A DNA stretch of 64,000 bases from Eimeria praecox (Eukaryota), in NCBI GenBank assembly GCA_963920595.1, contig OY986950.1, positions 2,294,001-2,358,000 of the forward strand, in the 5' to 3' direction. The notes beneath the pieces were generated by a model. The model worked only from the letters and a program-made list of their open reading frames with translations, had not been told where the DNA came from and ran no database searches. The position numbers were made by a program, and so were the translations under genes. Within the stretch, counting starts at the first letter, position 1, and the number at the start of each line of letters is the position of its first letter. Below are positions 52,950 to 64,000 of the stretch, piece after piece.

Positions 52950-55330
52950 ATGAAAGCACGCTAGTTCTTCAGTACTACTGCCGCATGGTCATGGGTCCCT
53001 CCTACGCTGTCCCGGCACGAGCTCTTGCTGCTCTCACTCCCTCATGCACTCCTTTCCACTGCACAGAGTCTCATTAGCAACCAGTGGGATACCTGCATAG
53101 CTGGACTGGATACACACCCCTTCAAGTTCCCGACACTACGCAGACTTTTGAGTTGATAGTCCGTCGCCTCCCGGTACGTGATAGGGGACGCTCTCAAACA
53201 AGCGCATAGGTTCGTTGGCCTTCCCGTCCAAGTGATAAACCATACTCATTAAAAATATTCGCAATAGGACCAAAGATGAACTTCTCCCGTTGGTCGTAGC
53301 CGACAAATGCTGTCACTTATTAAGCACTGATGTCAAGCTCTTACTCCCCTACAGCGACTCAACGCACCGCGTGACTTTCTATCAGAGTTTCAACACCTCG
53401 CCATCACTAAGGAGCAAGGCGCAGAAAGTGAAGTAGCGAAGGCGCTGTCTCGCCATCCTCAACTCTTGTCGTGTGTGCACCCCGTCGGAACCCTGTGGTC
53501 TCAGTCGGTTCTCAAGGGGCCCTAACCTCGCTGACACTCTCAGACGGCCACCAAAACCCGCACCACAACATTCGAGGTGCAAAGCCGAGTACCGCATGAT
53601 CGCATGCATGCGTTTGAGGTGCCCCCCTTCTGTTTCCTCGTCACCGAAGGTCCCGACAGAAGCTCTGCAAAGCGAAACCCACCTTTGGTCCCCCCGCGTT
53701 TTGCCCACGCTGGCTGCAGCAAGGTGCGCTGCAGTCTATGACAGACCTGTCCATGTCTGCATCAACCAAAGCCATTGGGTAGCTGTGCTCAGGGATCCTG
53801 GAGGCTGGAAGGGAGGTCAAGTGGTCTAGGTCATTGGCTCTATTGCAGTTCGCGATGGTCTTCTTGTCATATTGCTAACTCTCGTAACATCAACCGTCTC
53901 GTCTTCCCCAAGCCTTACCTAGTGGACTAGCAACAAGCTGGTCAGCCGTACGATGAGAGATCCGCAACTGCACACTCACCTTATGCTTTGAATGGCTCTG
54001 GGCATTTGTGTTCATCACTTGCGGCGGATTTGTATCCCCCAGTTTCCTAAATTACTGGGCCAGTTCCCTGCATTGTCAGGCCAGCCCCCCCCTCCCCCGC
54101 GTTCACGTGACACACTTCCATACCCAGCAAGCATTGCTACTTGCCGGGAATGCGCAAATATCCTAAACCCTACGTGGAATCTTGCGTTGACTGTTGTGCT
54201 TCTAAATCCTCTACTCAGAAGCGTGCCGGGTTCCTCCAGCCGCTTCTTATTACCGCTCCGTTGCAGCGACGCTAGCCTGAATTTCATAATCGCTATCTCC
54301 CCCACGCCTCTGTTCATGACTTTATTTTAGTGCTAGTTGTCTCTTTAAAACAAATGGTCCTCATCTTTCCCACGAAGAAGACACCGATGGCACCTGACAC
54401 TGTGAGCGTTCCAACAGGTTGCGCCACCTGCTACTACGGCTCTCCTGAAGCTCTTAGCATTCGCCGCCACCCTCGTTTCCAATCTGACGTATTGCACCAA
54501 CAATGGACCCGATTCAACATTAAGCGTGCCATGCCTTCTGCCTGCCACCACCAGACCGGCTGGCAAACCGAACATGCCATTCGGAAACTCGAACAAGCGC
54601 TCCCTACCTACTTACAGTCTCGTGAAGACCTATGGTAGCGGCTCCTTCGTACACTCGAATTTGCCTACAACACTACGAACAATTCCTTCACCTAGCGTTC
54701 TGCGTATGGGGCGATGATTAGCCAAAGCTCCCTCACTACCACCGGCTTTGATGTTGCCGGTTCCTTGCCGCCCCTTCCTGCCTTTCCCACGAACAGGCTG
54801 TTCCAGAAGCTCTGCAAAAGGGCGCCCATCCACTTACTGGGTGCGGCGCATATTGGCAGCAGAGGGCATAAGCAGTTTCAGGCATCCGCGCAATGGTGTT
54901 TGGCATCAGTGACCAGATCTGCCTCAGCAGCAAGCGCTTGCCTGCTATCAATGCTAAAGCTAAATTCTAGCCCCTCTACCGAAGGCCGTGCACCATTACC
55001 GAGCGCATAGGCCTGATGGCTTACCGCCTGACACTGCCCCCCCACCTATTCGTGCCACAAGCTCTTCCATGCCTTCCAGCTAGTGCCCCAACGCCCTCGA
55101 GACCTTGACATGGTCGGCGAGGAAGCCGCCTTAGGTTGGATTCATCTATGTAATCGCTCGGTCACCCTACTGACCAGAATGAAGCGGACTCCACCAAGGG
55201 TGATGGGAAGGTCGGATGCCACTCTCAGCTTCTGGAGACCCAGCGGGGCGCCTCCGGAGCCCAGGTAGTATGGAAACCCGTTCGACACCGCACTGACTGC
55301 CCTGCAGTCCTCCGAGAGTGCCCCTGCCGC
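52950..55330 (+). mobile_element. Decayed chromovirus pol, same family as the 24.8-28.5 kb copy
   Basis: Collinear matches to the 25-28 kb copy: 'PTLAAARCAAVYDRP' vs 'HLLLAAKLTACTDRQ'; 'LRRICIPQFPK' vs 'MWRICVPQLPE'; 'HPRFQSD..RFNIKRAMPSACHHQTGWQTE..LEQAL..YLQS' vs 'DPRFQSD..FDIKRALSSSYHPQSDGRTE..LEQMLRSY'. Also 'LEFAYNTT', 'AYRLTLP' and a chromodomain remnant at ~55150-55320. Confidence 0.9.
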
Positions 55331-56099
55331 ATGCGCCGAAACACAGGCTAAAGCCGCCTCAGGCCAGCCCTCAAGCCTTAACCCCTGAAGCCCCGCGCTC
55401 ATGAACTCCGTACCTACTTCGCTTGTTTCACTCCCCTCGTTTTCCCCCTCGCCCTTGACTGCATCATCAGCAGCCTGTACATCCGATTGTTTTAGTTCAG
55501 TTCATCTTGCACCCGCGGCCACTCCCCCGCAGCATCGCCAGAAACGCGGGTGGGAGGGAAGGCGCATGGTAGTACAGGTTCAGGCCCACGCATGCTCACC
55601 CACAAACTATAAGTTGGTACTGTGCTGCCAGGCGAGGGGCACCCATAGAGCACACATACAGGCTCCAAAAGAAATCAAAGCAAAAAGACAAAGAAACACA
55701 GGACAGAAAGCGAAGAAAGCAGAAATGGGGGATGTGGGGAATTCAGGTAATATAAGGCAATTAATTGAAATGGACGAAGAGTTAAGGCATATGTGCATAG
55801 TAGTACAAATGTAACAACTGACACACAGCAGCCCAACAGGTCACACCCACGGCAGCGGTGGCGCCAACATCATGGGCAAGAGATATGACGAATAAAGGAC
55901 TCAGAGAAACAGGGGTGAACGCCTGGAAAAGCACGCAAATAAGTTGCTCAAGGAGGCAGCAGAGCCCACCGCAAACACGGGGTAAACTGTTGCGCCCAGC
56001 TCCCAAATGTTTTGGAGAAGCAACCTTCCGATGTTATAGAAATCAGCGTAAGCACAATTACTGAGAAATGGGAAATAAACCAAACTAGGAGGCTTAGCT

Positions 56100-57200
56100 C
56101 TACGACAGATTAGGCCTAGAGCACAATACAACTAGGCCCGAAGCGTGGGGATCTGGGAGAAGCCTGAGTACACTGGGGTGTCCCCGGGAGTTCAGAAGGG
56201 ATAACGCACAAGAGGGACCCCGAAGGTTCCTAATGCATGGTTTGGTGTTTGTACTGATTAGAGAATGAAATGTTGTTAGAAAATTAGTAAGTAAACATAC
56301 GTAGGAGCAGGCCAGGGCCCAGCTCGCTAAAATGGAAGCTTGGAGGCTAGAGGGGAAGCCAGTTGCCATTTTGGAAACTCCACAACAATTGCGGGCAGCA
56401 TGCAGCTCAGGCGTCCCAAAGCTTTGCATCTTGCACTTGCGGCTGGGTGGTAGGGGCCGTTTTCCAGGTCAACAACGTCTTCAATGGTGGCGTAAGGAAG
56501 TGCCCACTGAGGGGCGTGCCCCACTGAGCCTCGCATAAGGAAAATCCCGAGAGTCGATTCATGGTTAAACGGGTCTTTTGGTTCCGTAAAGCGTTCTTAT
56601 TATAAAGTGCATTCTTTGGCCAAAGCCAAGGCAAAATGTCGGTTAACGCGCTCATCGGCAGCGTCCTTTGCCTCCAACAGTTCCTGCCCCTGTTCCATGG
56701 TTTAGGTACCCCATCGTGTGAGGCTGCTCGGGATACCACCTGAACCCATCAAGGGAAGGTTAATCACAACTCGGTTGCGTTTAGGGGCCTATGTTTGGGG
56801 AGTTAATGAACAAAGAGCTGAGATTGCTACTGAATACCATTTGTGCGGTCGCTGGTAAAGTTGAGGGCCAGTCTCTGATGGTCTTGTGCCACGCAGGGTC
56901 CATAAACGTCTTTATTTGCTATATTGAAGAGGGGTTTGCGCATGCGCCTTCCCCCCGCGAGCCACAAGCCTGTGCCGCTGTGCTCGGAGACCTTCGTTGG
57001 TGGATAGGCGAGGGAGAGATGTTTCTTATATCTTTTAATTCGCTCAAGTATTTCAAGCTACTGCACATCGCCAAGGTGCTATGCTATGCCTCGGGGAGTG
57101 CACTTTGGGTGCCTGCAGCTGGTAGAAGTTTGTCATAGTTAAGCAGAGGCAGAGCTGTGCTCCCGTTTGGAAAGTGTGGGCTGATGAATTCAACATGAGC
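56100..57200 (-). mobile_element. Decayed integrase/GPY-F relic
   Basis: 'WHKTIRDWPSTLPAT' (~56880), 'SHDGVPKPWNR..LPWL..LYN..SGFSLCEAQWGTP' (56510-56725), 'RNLRGPSC' (~56220). Confidence 0.5.
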
Positions 57201-57664
57201 TTTGTATTCTGTTCAATCGCTGCCTTAAGCATGATCTTTGCACATGGGAACCCATAAAGAGCCGCTCCTTTCCAAAGAAATTGTTGAACACACTAAGCCC
57301 AAGGGCTTAAGACCAGCATTCGAGACCACCTGTACGCTATTTTGGCTTTTAGAATATTTCGCGCTTGAGTATCCCGAACGAAGAGCACCTCAATTCCATT
57401 TGCTTACTTTCGTTTCCCTAAGCATTCGTCTCCTAGCTGTTAACATTGTCAGGCTCCTTCAGGAGGATGATTCCCACACAACTCCAAATTTGCCTTTTTG
57501 GATTTTATGCGTCAACTTAAAGATGCATGGTGATTTATTTCGGAATTTGATTGGACCCTGGGTTGGCTACTAGTGGAGAAGCGTGAAGTAGTGCGGGCTT
57601 TTTCGAAATCATGTTGCACTTGAAATCCCTCTGAAGGCGGGGCTACGCTCTGCGTAGGTCCAAG

Positions 57665-60600
57665 TCACCACTCAGCGTCCTCGTGGGGCTCCGCGACAAT
57701 CGTGGATGGTTGGAAAGCTAGGGCACACTTCTCTAGTGCCTCGCTAGCCCCATATTTGTCTTGGTTGCTGGCATCTGTAACCGTATCGGGAAGATTGATT
57801 AATTTTGGAATGCTGTGCTCGCGGAGGTGTTGAAAGTAATGTTCTAAGGACGACTCCGTATTAATATCCCATGGAGCCTGAGATCCGTAGCACGGTCGCA
57901 TATCTCAACTTAAAACCAAGGTCTGCAGCATCCATTTCAAATGCAGGCAATGCCTAGTGTTTGTCGACTCAGCGCACCTCAATGCCAAGTTGAACTAGCC
58001 TAGCGTTAATGCTAGCTGCGCACCGCCTGGCCTGGTCGACGTCCCCTAAGGAGCGCTTCAAAAGTTTGTATCTGCACAGACACCTCAGCACACCATGAAG
58101 GAAGCATACTAAGCAATGCTTCAAAGGGTGAAGAAGCTTGTGATTTCAGTGACGAAACATATGAGGCTCCCAGCAGCCACCTGCCACCTGGGTTTGTCAG
58201 CCTACCGTGCTGCATGATCGTAAAATGTTTTGTTCCAGGATTGTGACTGTGCATCGAGGACCTGCAGCGTACTTAGCGCGGTACATGCCTACCCTGCATA
58301 TCTTCTTGAAATATTGAAACACTCGCAAGCCAAAACTGCATGCTCGACCTAATGTGGGCGCTCGGATCACCGTATTAGGTTGGAGGCCATCTCAGCATCA
58401 AACTATCTGGCTATTTAAGCTGCATTACAGCTGGCTCTCATGTTCCAGGTTGCAATCCAGCTCAGCATCCAGAAGCATAGTTCTACAGTTATTACTGTTA
58501 TAGTGCTGCGGCTGCTAGCTGCTGCATGCTGTTTGTTTGGAGCTAAGCGTATTAGTGTTACGTCGTAGAGATTCCGTATATGGGAGCAGTTTGTCAAATC
58601 CAGCTCTTCTACAGCACGCCGAACGGCTTCTTGGTATTCTTTTCTGGAATTCTGCGCTTTTAACACGCATGTTGAAAGCTTCGAATTAAAATAGACCTAG
58701 CCTAAGGATGTTTGACTATGCCGCATGTATCAGGATTGTAGCTCCAGCGCAAGAGATTTTGCTTGTTTGTAAGGCTTCTTATTAGCGTCCAGCTGACATA
58801 AATTCTGCGTTTTCATGTGTTTGTCCTTGTCTGTTACCTCAAGTTTTTTTTCTGCTTCTTCCGCTAAAAGCTTTAGCTTTTGGTTTTCTAAATCCCGATT
58901 CAAAAATTTGTTGACAATTTCCATGACGTCAGCCATTCCCTGAGTAGTGCTAAACGCACAAATATATCGAGTTCCTACTGCTGTATAAGCCTACAACTGA
59001 ATATGTCAAATAGCCACAGGAAAAACCAGTCATTGCAGCAACCGTTCAAAGGAAAAGAATGACTTAGCGTTTCGCGTATCTTGCGAAGGCAACCTCTCAC
59101 CGTTGCCTCACGAATCTTCTGAAATGTGTCTTCCTTGTATTGCCACTTTTCCACATTCTCAACACTTGTCTTCTGCAGGGAATTTGCGATCAGCTTTTCG
59201 ATGCAAAGCATTCTTCTCCATTTCCCAGAAGAAGCGGACAGAGCAGCTGCAGCCGCGTCATTTATAACTGACTGCTGCCACTCAACAAGTCGCTGCCTGG
59301 GTAAGGGCACAAATATCGTTTGCGTGCAGCGTGGGTACCTTATCATTACACATTGCCTTAGATGCCACTTGTTTCCAGTTGGGACCACAGAACTCGCAGT
59401 TCGGCAACCTTTTACAGTTAGACTAGGTTAGTCCTCTCAAGTGGAGTGCGCTTGATTGGGGTTTGTTACGAATTAAAGCAACTATTCATGGAGGCAGACT
59501 TGGCCTAGATTCATGATGAACACATGCCTCTTCTCTATTGCCGCCCTTTTATACTCAATCGCTTCGTCGATTTCTTTGAGTCCTTGACTACGTATGGTTC
59601 TTTCTCCTTGCAGTTCCTATCACAAGAAAAGGACACGTGTACTCATTGGCGCAGGTAATGCGAGGATATGGAAGCCACATTAGATGCTTCAGGCTTCCAA
59701 GTAATAATCGTAGGTGAACAAACCTGTTCGAGTTTCATGAGCTCGGAAACAGCTCTGCTTTTCTTTTTCTGCTGCTTCCTGGGCATAGGCATACGGTATT
59801 CCCGCAAAACATGCATGACTGCAAGTTTTGGCAGGAGCATTGGCTGCAGTTGGCCGAAATATTAGGAGGATTGATGCTTCTAGTAAGCTTAGTGCAAATC
59901 TAGACGCACTCCAGAGTACCGCGCTCTTCCTTGAGTTCAAGACCTAAGGACTTCAATCTGCTCTGCAGCATCAAGTTTTTTTGTCGAACTGCATCCTTTT
60001 CAAGCTTGAAAACCGCAACGCAAGAGACAAGAAGGGAGCTAAGGGAGCTGATACGTGGCGAATTATTCAAGTGAGCAAGGCGCAGTTGCTTGCTGAGGGC
60101 CAAGCTTTGAAGGCATGCTTTTGCAGTTGAAGAATACCTTTGTCCTCTGGAGAATGTGCATGTAAACCTTTTTCGTGTAGCCAGCTTCTGCAACCTTTTT
60201 ATTCAACAATGAGAGCGATTGCGTCAACTCATCGGCACGCTGAGGCACAACAATCACTATGCTTCTTCTGCTGCCCGGCAGACTGAGCGGTGGAAAGGAT
60301 ATTCAGGGTGCTTTTTATATTGCATGCGTTTTGTCAGACCTGGTGTATGCGAGCTCTGTCGGTTGTCACTTGGTGTTCTGCAGAATCTGCCTGCCGAATG
60401 CCTTCCTGAACAGCGGCAGAGCTGGTCGAAACACAAACGGAAGGTTACAAATTTGTTCGCGGTGAACGCTCAGATGCGTTGCAGGCAATGGACTTTGGCT
60501 ACGTGATGAATTTTCCCTTCATCGTGAAGTATCGTCCTTACTTTATAACGGGCTACCTCTTCACTTCTCCTCTTAACTTCAGCATGGACGTCATCAAAGC

Positions 60601-61437
60601 GTTTCCTCAAGCTTGACAACAGCTGCTCCACTTTCACCACAGGTTCTGACTGCTCCGCCTATTCAGCGTATGCATTAAGAACGCAGCACAGTGGAAAACC
60701 TGGTACCTTAACAAAGTGCTGCCGTGAACATCCATTGTTTTCGGCAAATTGTACACCCCCAGCTTTTGTAAAAAGGAGGAACAGGCGCCCTCTACATTGG
60801 TCCTTCTTCCCCAGCCCCAGCGCTTCTTTCAGCGCAGTCCATTCTTCGGAATGCACTGCTTCGACCCACGTGATAGCATTGCATCGTTTGATTTACTGTC
60901 TTTGTAAATGAATTAAGCGCCTGCAGGTCTGCTGTGTCTCCCTTTGTGGCTTTTGGCAGCCTTTTGTAACTATCTATTTCCTTTGCTCGTGCGATGCCTG
61001 TCTGTGTTAAATCATTCTGCTCAGTAGAATGTGAAATATTTGGGGCTTCAGCATTGCCTAACTGGGACAAAGAAGAAAATACCACTTTGTTCAGCGGATA
61101 GGCTCAAGACCAATGTTTGGCACGGACTGCTGGCAACTGCCGCGAAATAATTCTTTGCTGTCTATAAAATCTTGCCCTTCTCCACATGCAAGTACACTAC
61201 GGAGAAAGGTAGTAAAGGGATGGCGTTAAACACGAGCAAATCAATATAGAGGGTGTGATAAGCTATCGCGAGTCGCTCCGTGTAGATCAGTAAGCTCGCC
61301 TTGTTATTTTCTAAGGTGCTCATGCCATCCGCCTGCGTGGCGGAGCAGTCATTCAGCTTGGATATTTTGAAATTCCCCGGGCTCATTGTGTCCCCTTCGT
61401 TCCTTCGGCGCCCAGTATCGACCATCCCTGGGAACAT
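57665..61437 (-). CDS. Multi-exon coiled-coil protein of the outer dynein arm docking complex family (ODA-DC / CCDC151-CCDC114-like)
   Basis: Spliced 'EDTFQKIREAT|GMADVMEIVNKFLNRDLENQKLKLLAEEAEKKLE' (58830-59135) matches the conserved ODA-DC signature (AF.KIKEATG..D..E+V.KF). Heptad-rich exons include 'LLSSLRKRFDDVHAEVKRR', 'AEAGYTKKVYMHILQRTK' and 'GLKEIDEAIEYKRAAIEKR'. Last ORF ends '..EPHEDAEW*' at 57665. Terminal exon junctions are not fully resolved. Confidence 0.8.
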
Positions 61438-62499
61438 CGTGGAAAAGGATATGAATTTACTCTATCGTACAGGGCTATCTAGGACTCTTGCTGAAGTAAG
61501 TATAGAAGAACCTCCTGTAGGCTGTTGGCTTACGAAATACGAGAAGCAGCGGCTTACTTGAAAGCAGACAAGAAAGCTTGAAGTATTGTTTAACAATCCA
61601 ACTCGTTAGAGCAGCTTATTTTATCTAAGTAGTTAGTGTAGTGCACGAGCGCTACAATGGGCTCTCCGCTGAGTCTGTGACGAGTGAATTCGTCATAAAG
61701 CACATTATAAGGAATATTCATGCATATAATAGGGGGCATTTAGACTGCTACTGTGGTCGAGGGGACAATCTGTGCGTATAGCCCTTAGAATTTGGGGCTA
61801 GCGGTCCCCCACGCCTTGTCTGTTACAGGATGAGGCGCGCGGTCCTACCAGTCTTTGAGGGCAGGTAGATTTTTTAGGAGAGACGTTTTAGGGAAGGACT
61901 TTTAAGAAACGGGCTTTGGACTTTGAATAGTCGGAATTTCGTATTTAAGGGCTTTTAGTTGGGTATTAGCACAGAGATAAGTTAGACAGGTAGTGTGCAC
62001 ATAAGCTGCGCAGGCCAGAGTTTCACGTAATGTCAACTGAGACTCTCCAGTTCACTACATCTAGGAATCGATGTGAAATCTGGCATGCAGCATGATGAAA
62101 CAGCGACTCAGCATTGCTCAAAAATCACTAGCATGTACTTATTGCTTCAACCTAAAATATTTTCTATATAGCTATAGTTTGCCTTCCCAGCAAAAGCACC
62201 ATTTAAAGTGACGTTGTCAAGCGCCTTGAGCAGAAGCCACGCGCGGTGTATTCTCACCTCTTTTTGCTCTGCCCGTGGCCTTCTTCTCCTTTGGGGGAAA
62301 GCTAACCATAATCTTTACTTGGACCGCGTTACGCCTGCGACGGAAAGAATAAGACTTTTCAGACGATTGAAAAGCATGGCACGTAATGGGGCTTGGTCAG
62401 GAGCTCCACTCCGAGGAGATCATATTTGATCAACTCTGCACGTGTATATCACTAACCATTCATAATCTGCATGCGGGGGATGGTATGGTGCCGTATTCA

Positions 62500-63800
62500 A
62501 ATATATTTGGCGGGAAGCATGACTTATGAGGTGCCGTGGCTTCCCTCTGCTTGGGAGGGCTGTTTTTTGCTGAGCTTTGACCACTGCACGATGGGTTCAA
62601 ATCCAACTCACGCCTTTAAAACTCCCCTTCCACCGAATGCGGATTAAGCGTGAATGTAATGCATTCAGCATGAACTTTGAAATGGGGGCTTGGCCGCTGC
62701 GTACTCCTGCCGCATGCAGCCCTTGACGCCAACTTCAAACTATGCGTCTGCGTGTGTTCTCATATTGAATGCTCAGTCTACTTCCTATGCCTTTCTACAT
62801 GAGGTATATTCAATTTAATTGCTTTATTTCGTATTTGCAAAGCTTGATGGTATTAACTCAGAATCGGTTGTAAGCAAGGTATGGCACGCTCGAGGTTTTA
62901 TGGAATATGCATGATCCCCAAACTGTCAGTGCAGCAAAAAGCGTGATATTCCTTGAGGGAATCCCATCGAGCTGGATGAATTACGGGCTCGAATTGAGTG
63001 TCTGCACTATATTGTAAGCAAGCGCGCCAGCTACAAACGCTAACACAAAAAGTAGTGCCGATGACCTCTTTTAGCGTAGCATTATCACGAACCTTCTATT
63101 AACCGCGCTTGCGGGTTTTTCCTTATATTACCTGTTCTTCCCACCCAAGCCCAAACTAGAAAAACATCACCCGACCAGGTCCACGTGAAGGCAGCGTAAG
63201 TGCGCATGAGAATCAATAATTTGGTGTGCAATATGCAGGTGATGCATATGAGGATGCTGCAAGACATCATCATTCCCGCAAAACCGTCGCGACAAAAATG
63301 TTGTGCTTGGAAACATGTGGAGGAAGAAAGTAAATCTGTTGGTACCTCCAGCACTTTCATTTCCTAAGGCTGGCATGGCTTCTCTTTGCAAACCCAAGCA
63401 TGCATTTCTATATGACGCCATTCTAGGAAGCCAGAGTTCATGCTCACTCTGCTTTTGAGTATGTGCTTCTTCAGAAAACTCTAAACATTCTAGGGGAACA
63501 TTGTAGGCGGACCTCATATGACGCGAGGGTCTAAATGCATCCCTGTCATAACGAGCGCCAATGAGGGGAAGCTAACACTAGAGGTGCATCCATACCTTTG
63601 ATAGTAAAAACTTTCAGGCGACAGAACCAAGGTACTGCATAAATGGAGCAAATCTGAGTTGGCGAAAACTGTCAGTTTTCTGCACAAAAAAGAATTAACC
63701 AAATGACCTGAGGAGACAAGATATAATTTTACCACCTTACTAAAAGACAGGCACAGCGTTTTGCAGGATCCGCATACGTAGCCTGTGCCTTGGTGCTGTG
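62500..63800 (-). mobile_element. Decayed Ty3/gypsy RT-RNase H relic
   Basis: 'SAYNVPL' (~63505), 'FTFFLHMFP..RFCGNDDVLQHPHMHHLHIAHQII' (63215-63335; YLDD region), RNase H 'HFKVHAEC' (~62670; cf. HF.V.TDH). Confidence 0.5.
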
Positions 63801-64000
63801 AGCGCAAACAGATCCTAACACACGAAGATAAGCCGAAGTTGAGAGTTCGGGGAAATCCGGCAACTAGAAATTCAACAGAAAGTGCAGAACGGAAAGCTTA
63901 TTTATGGTACGCGACGTCAGGCCTAATAGTGTAAGATTATAAGCGGCTTCCCAAGGTAAAAGAAATCGCTGAGGCCAGACTTCGAGAAGCGGCGCATGGG

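Noticed and set aside
1..64000. tRNA/rRNA genes and long CAG-repeat tracts
   Set aside because: No cloverleaf or rRNA signature recognised by eye; only very short (cag)n runs (e.g. ~28670, ~34480) are present.

Overview
Eukaryotic DNA (~50% GC, short spliceosomal introns, TGCATGCA octamers, chromodomain-bearing Ty3/gypsy elements), most consistent with a coccidian apicomplexan such as Eimeria or Cyclospora; the taxon is an inference. I could reconstruct four intron-containing host genes by hand, all on the minus strand: (1) a Dpy-30 + GAF-like, radial-spoke RSP2-like protein (18561-22318); (2) an HtrA/DegP-family trypsin-like serine protease with an intact His-Asp-Ser triad but no visible PDZ domain (32229-34726); (3) a multi-EF-hand protein resembling the RSP7 C-terminal region (39784-43838); (4) an outer-dynein-arm docking-complex-like coiled-coil protein (57665-61437). 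Most of the remaining sequence reads as decayed chromovirus pol. About 17 relics occur on both strands, from one easily readable copy (24.8-28.5 kb) to fragments recognisable only from motifs in the correct order. Smaller-scale features include short inverted and tandem duplications that look like template-switch events (one disrupts an RT motif, one builds alternative hairpins over a splice acceptor) and candidate GC-AG introns in the axonemal genes. All homology calls come from motif recognition by eye. No database search was run, and relic boundaries are approximate.
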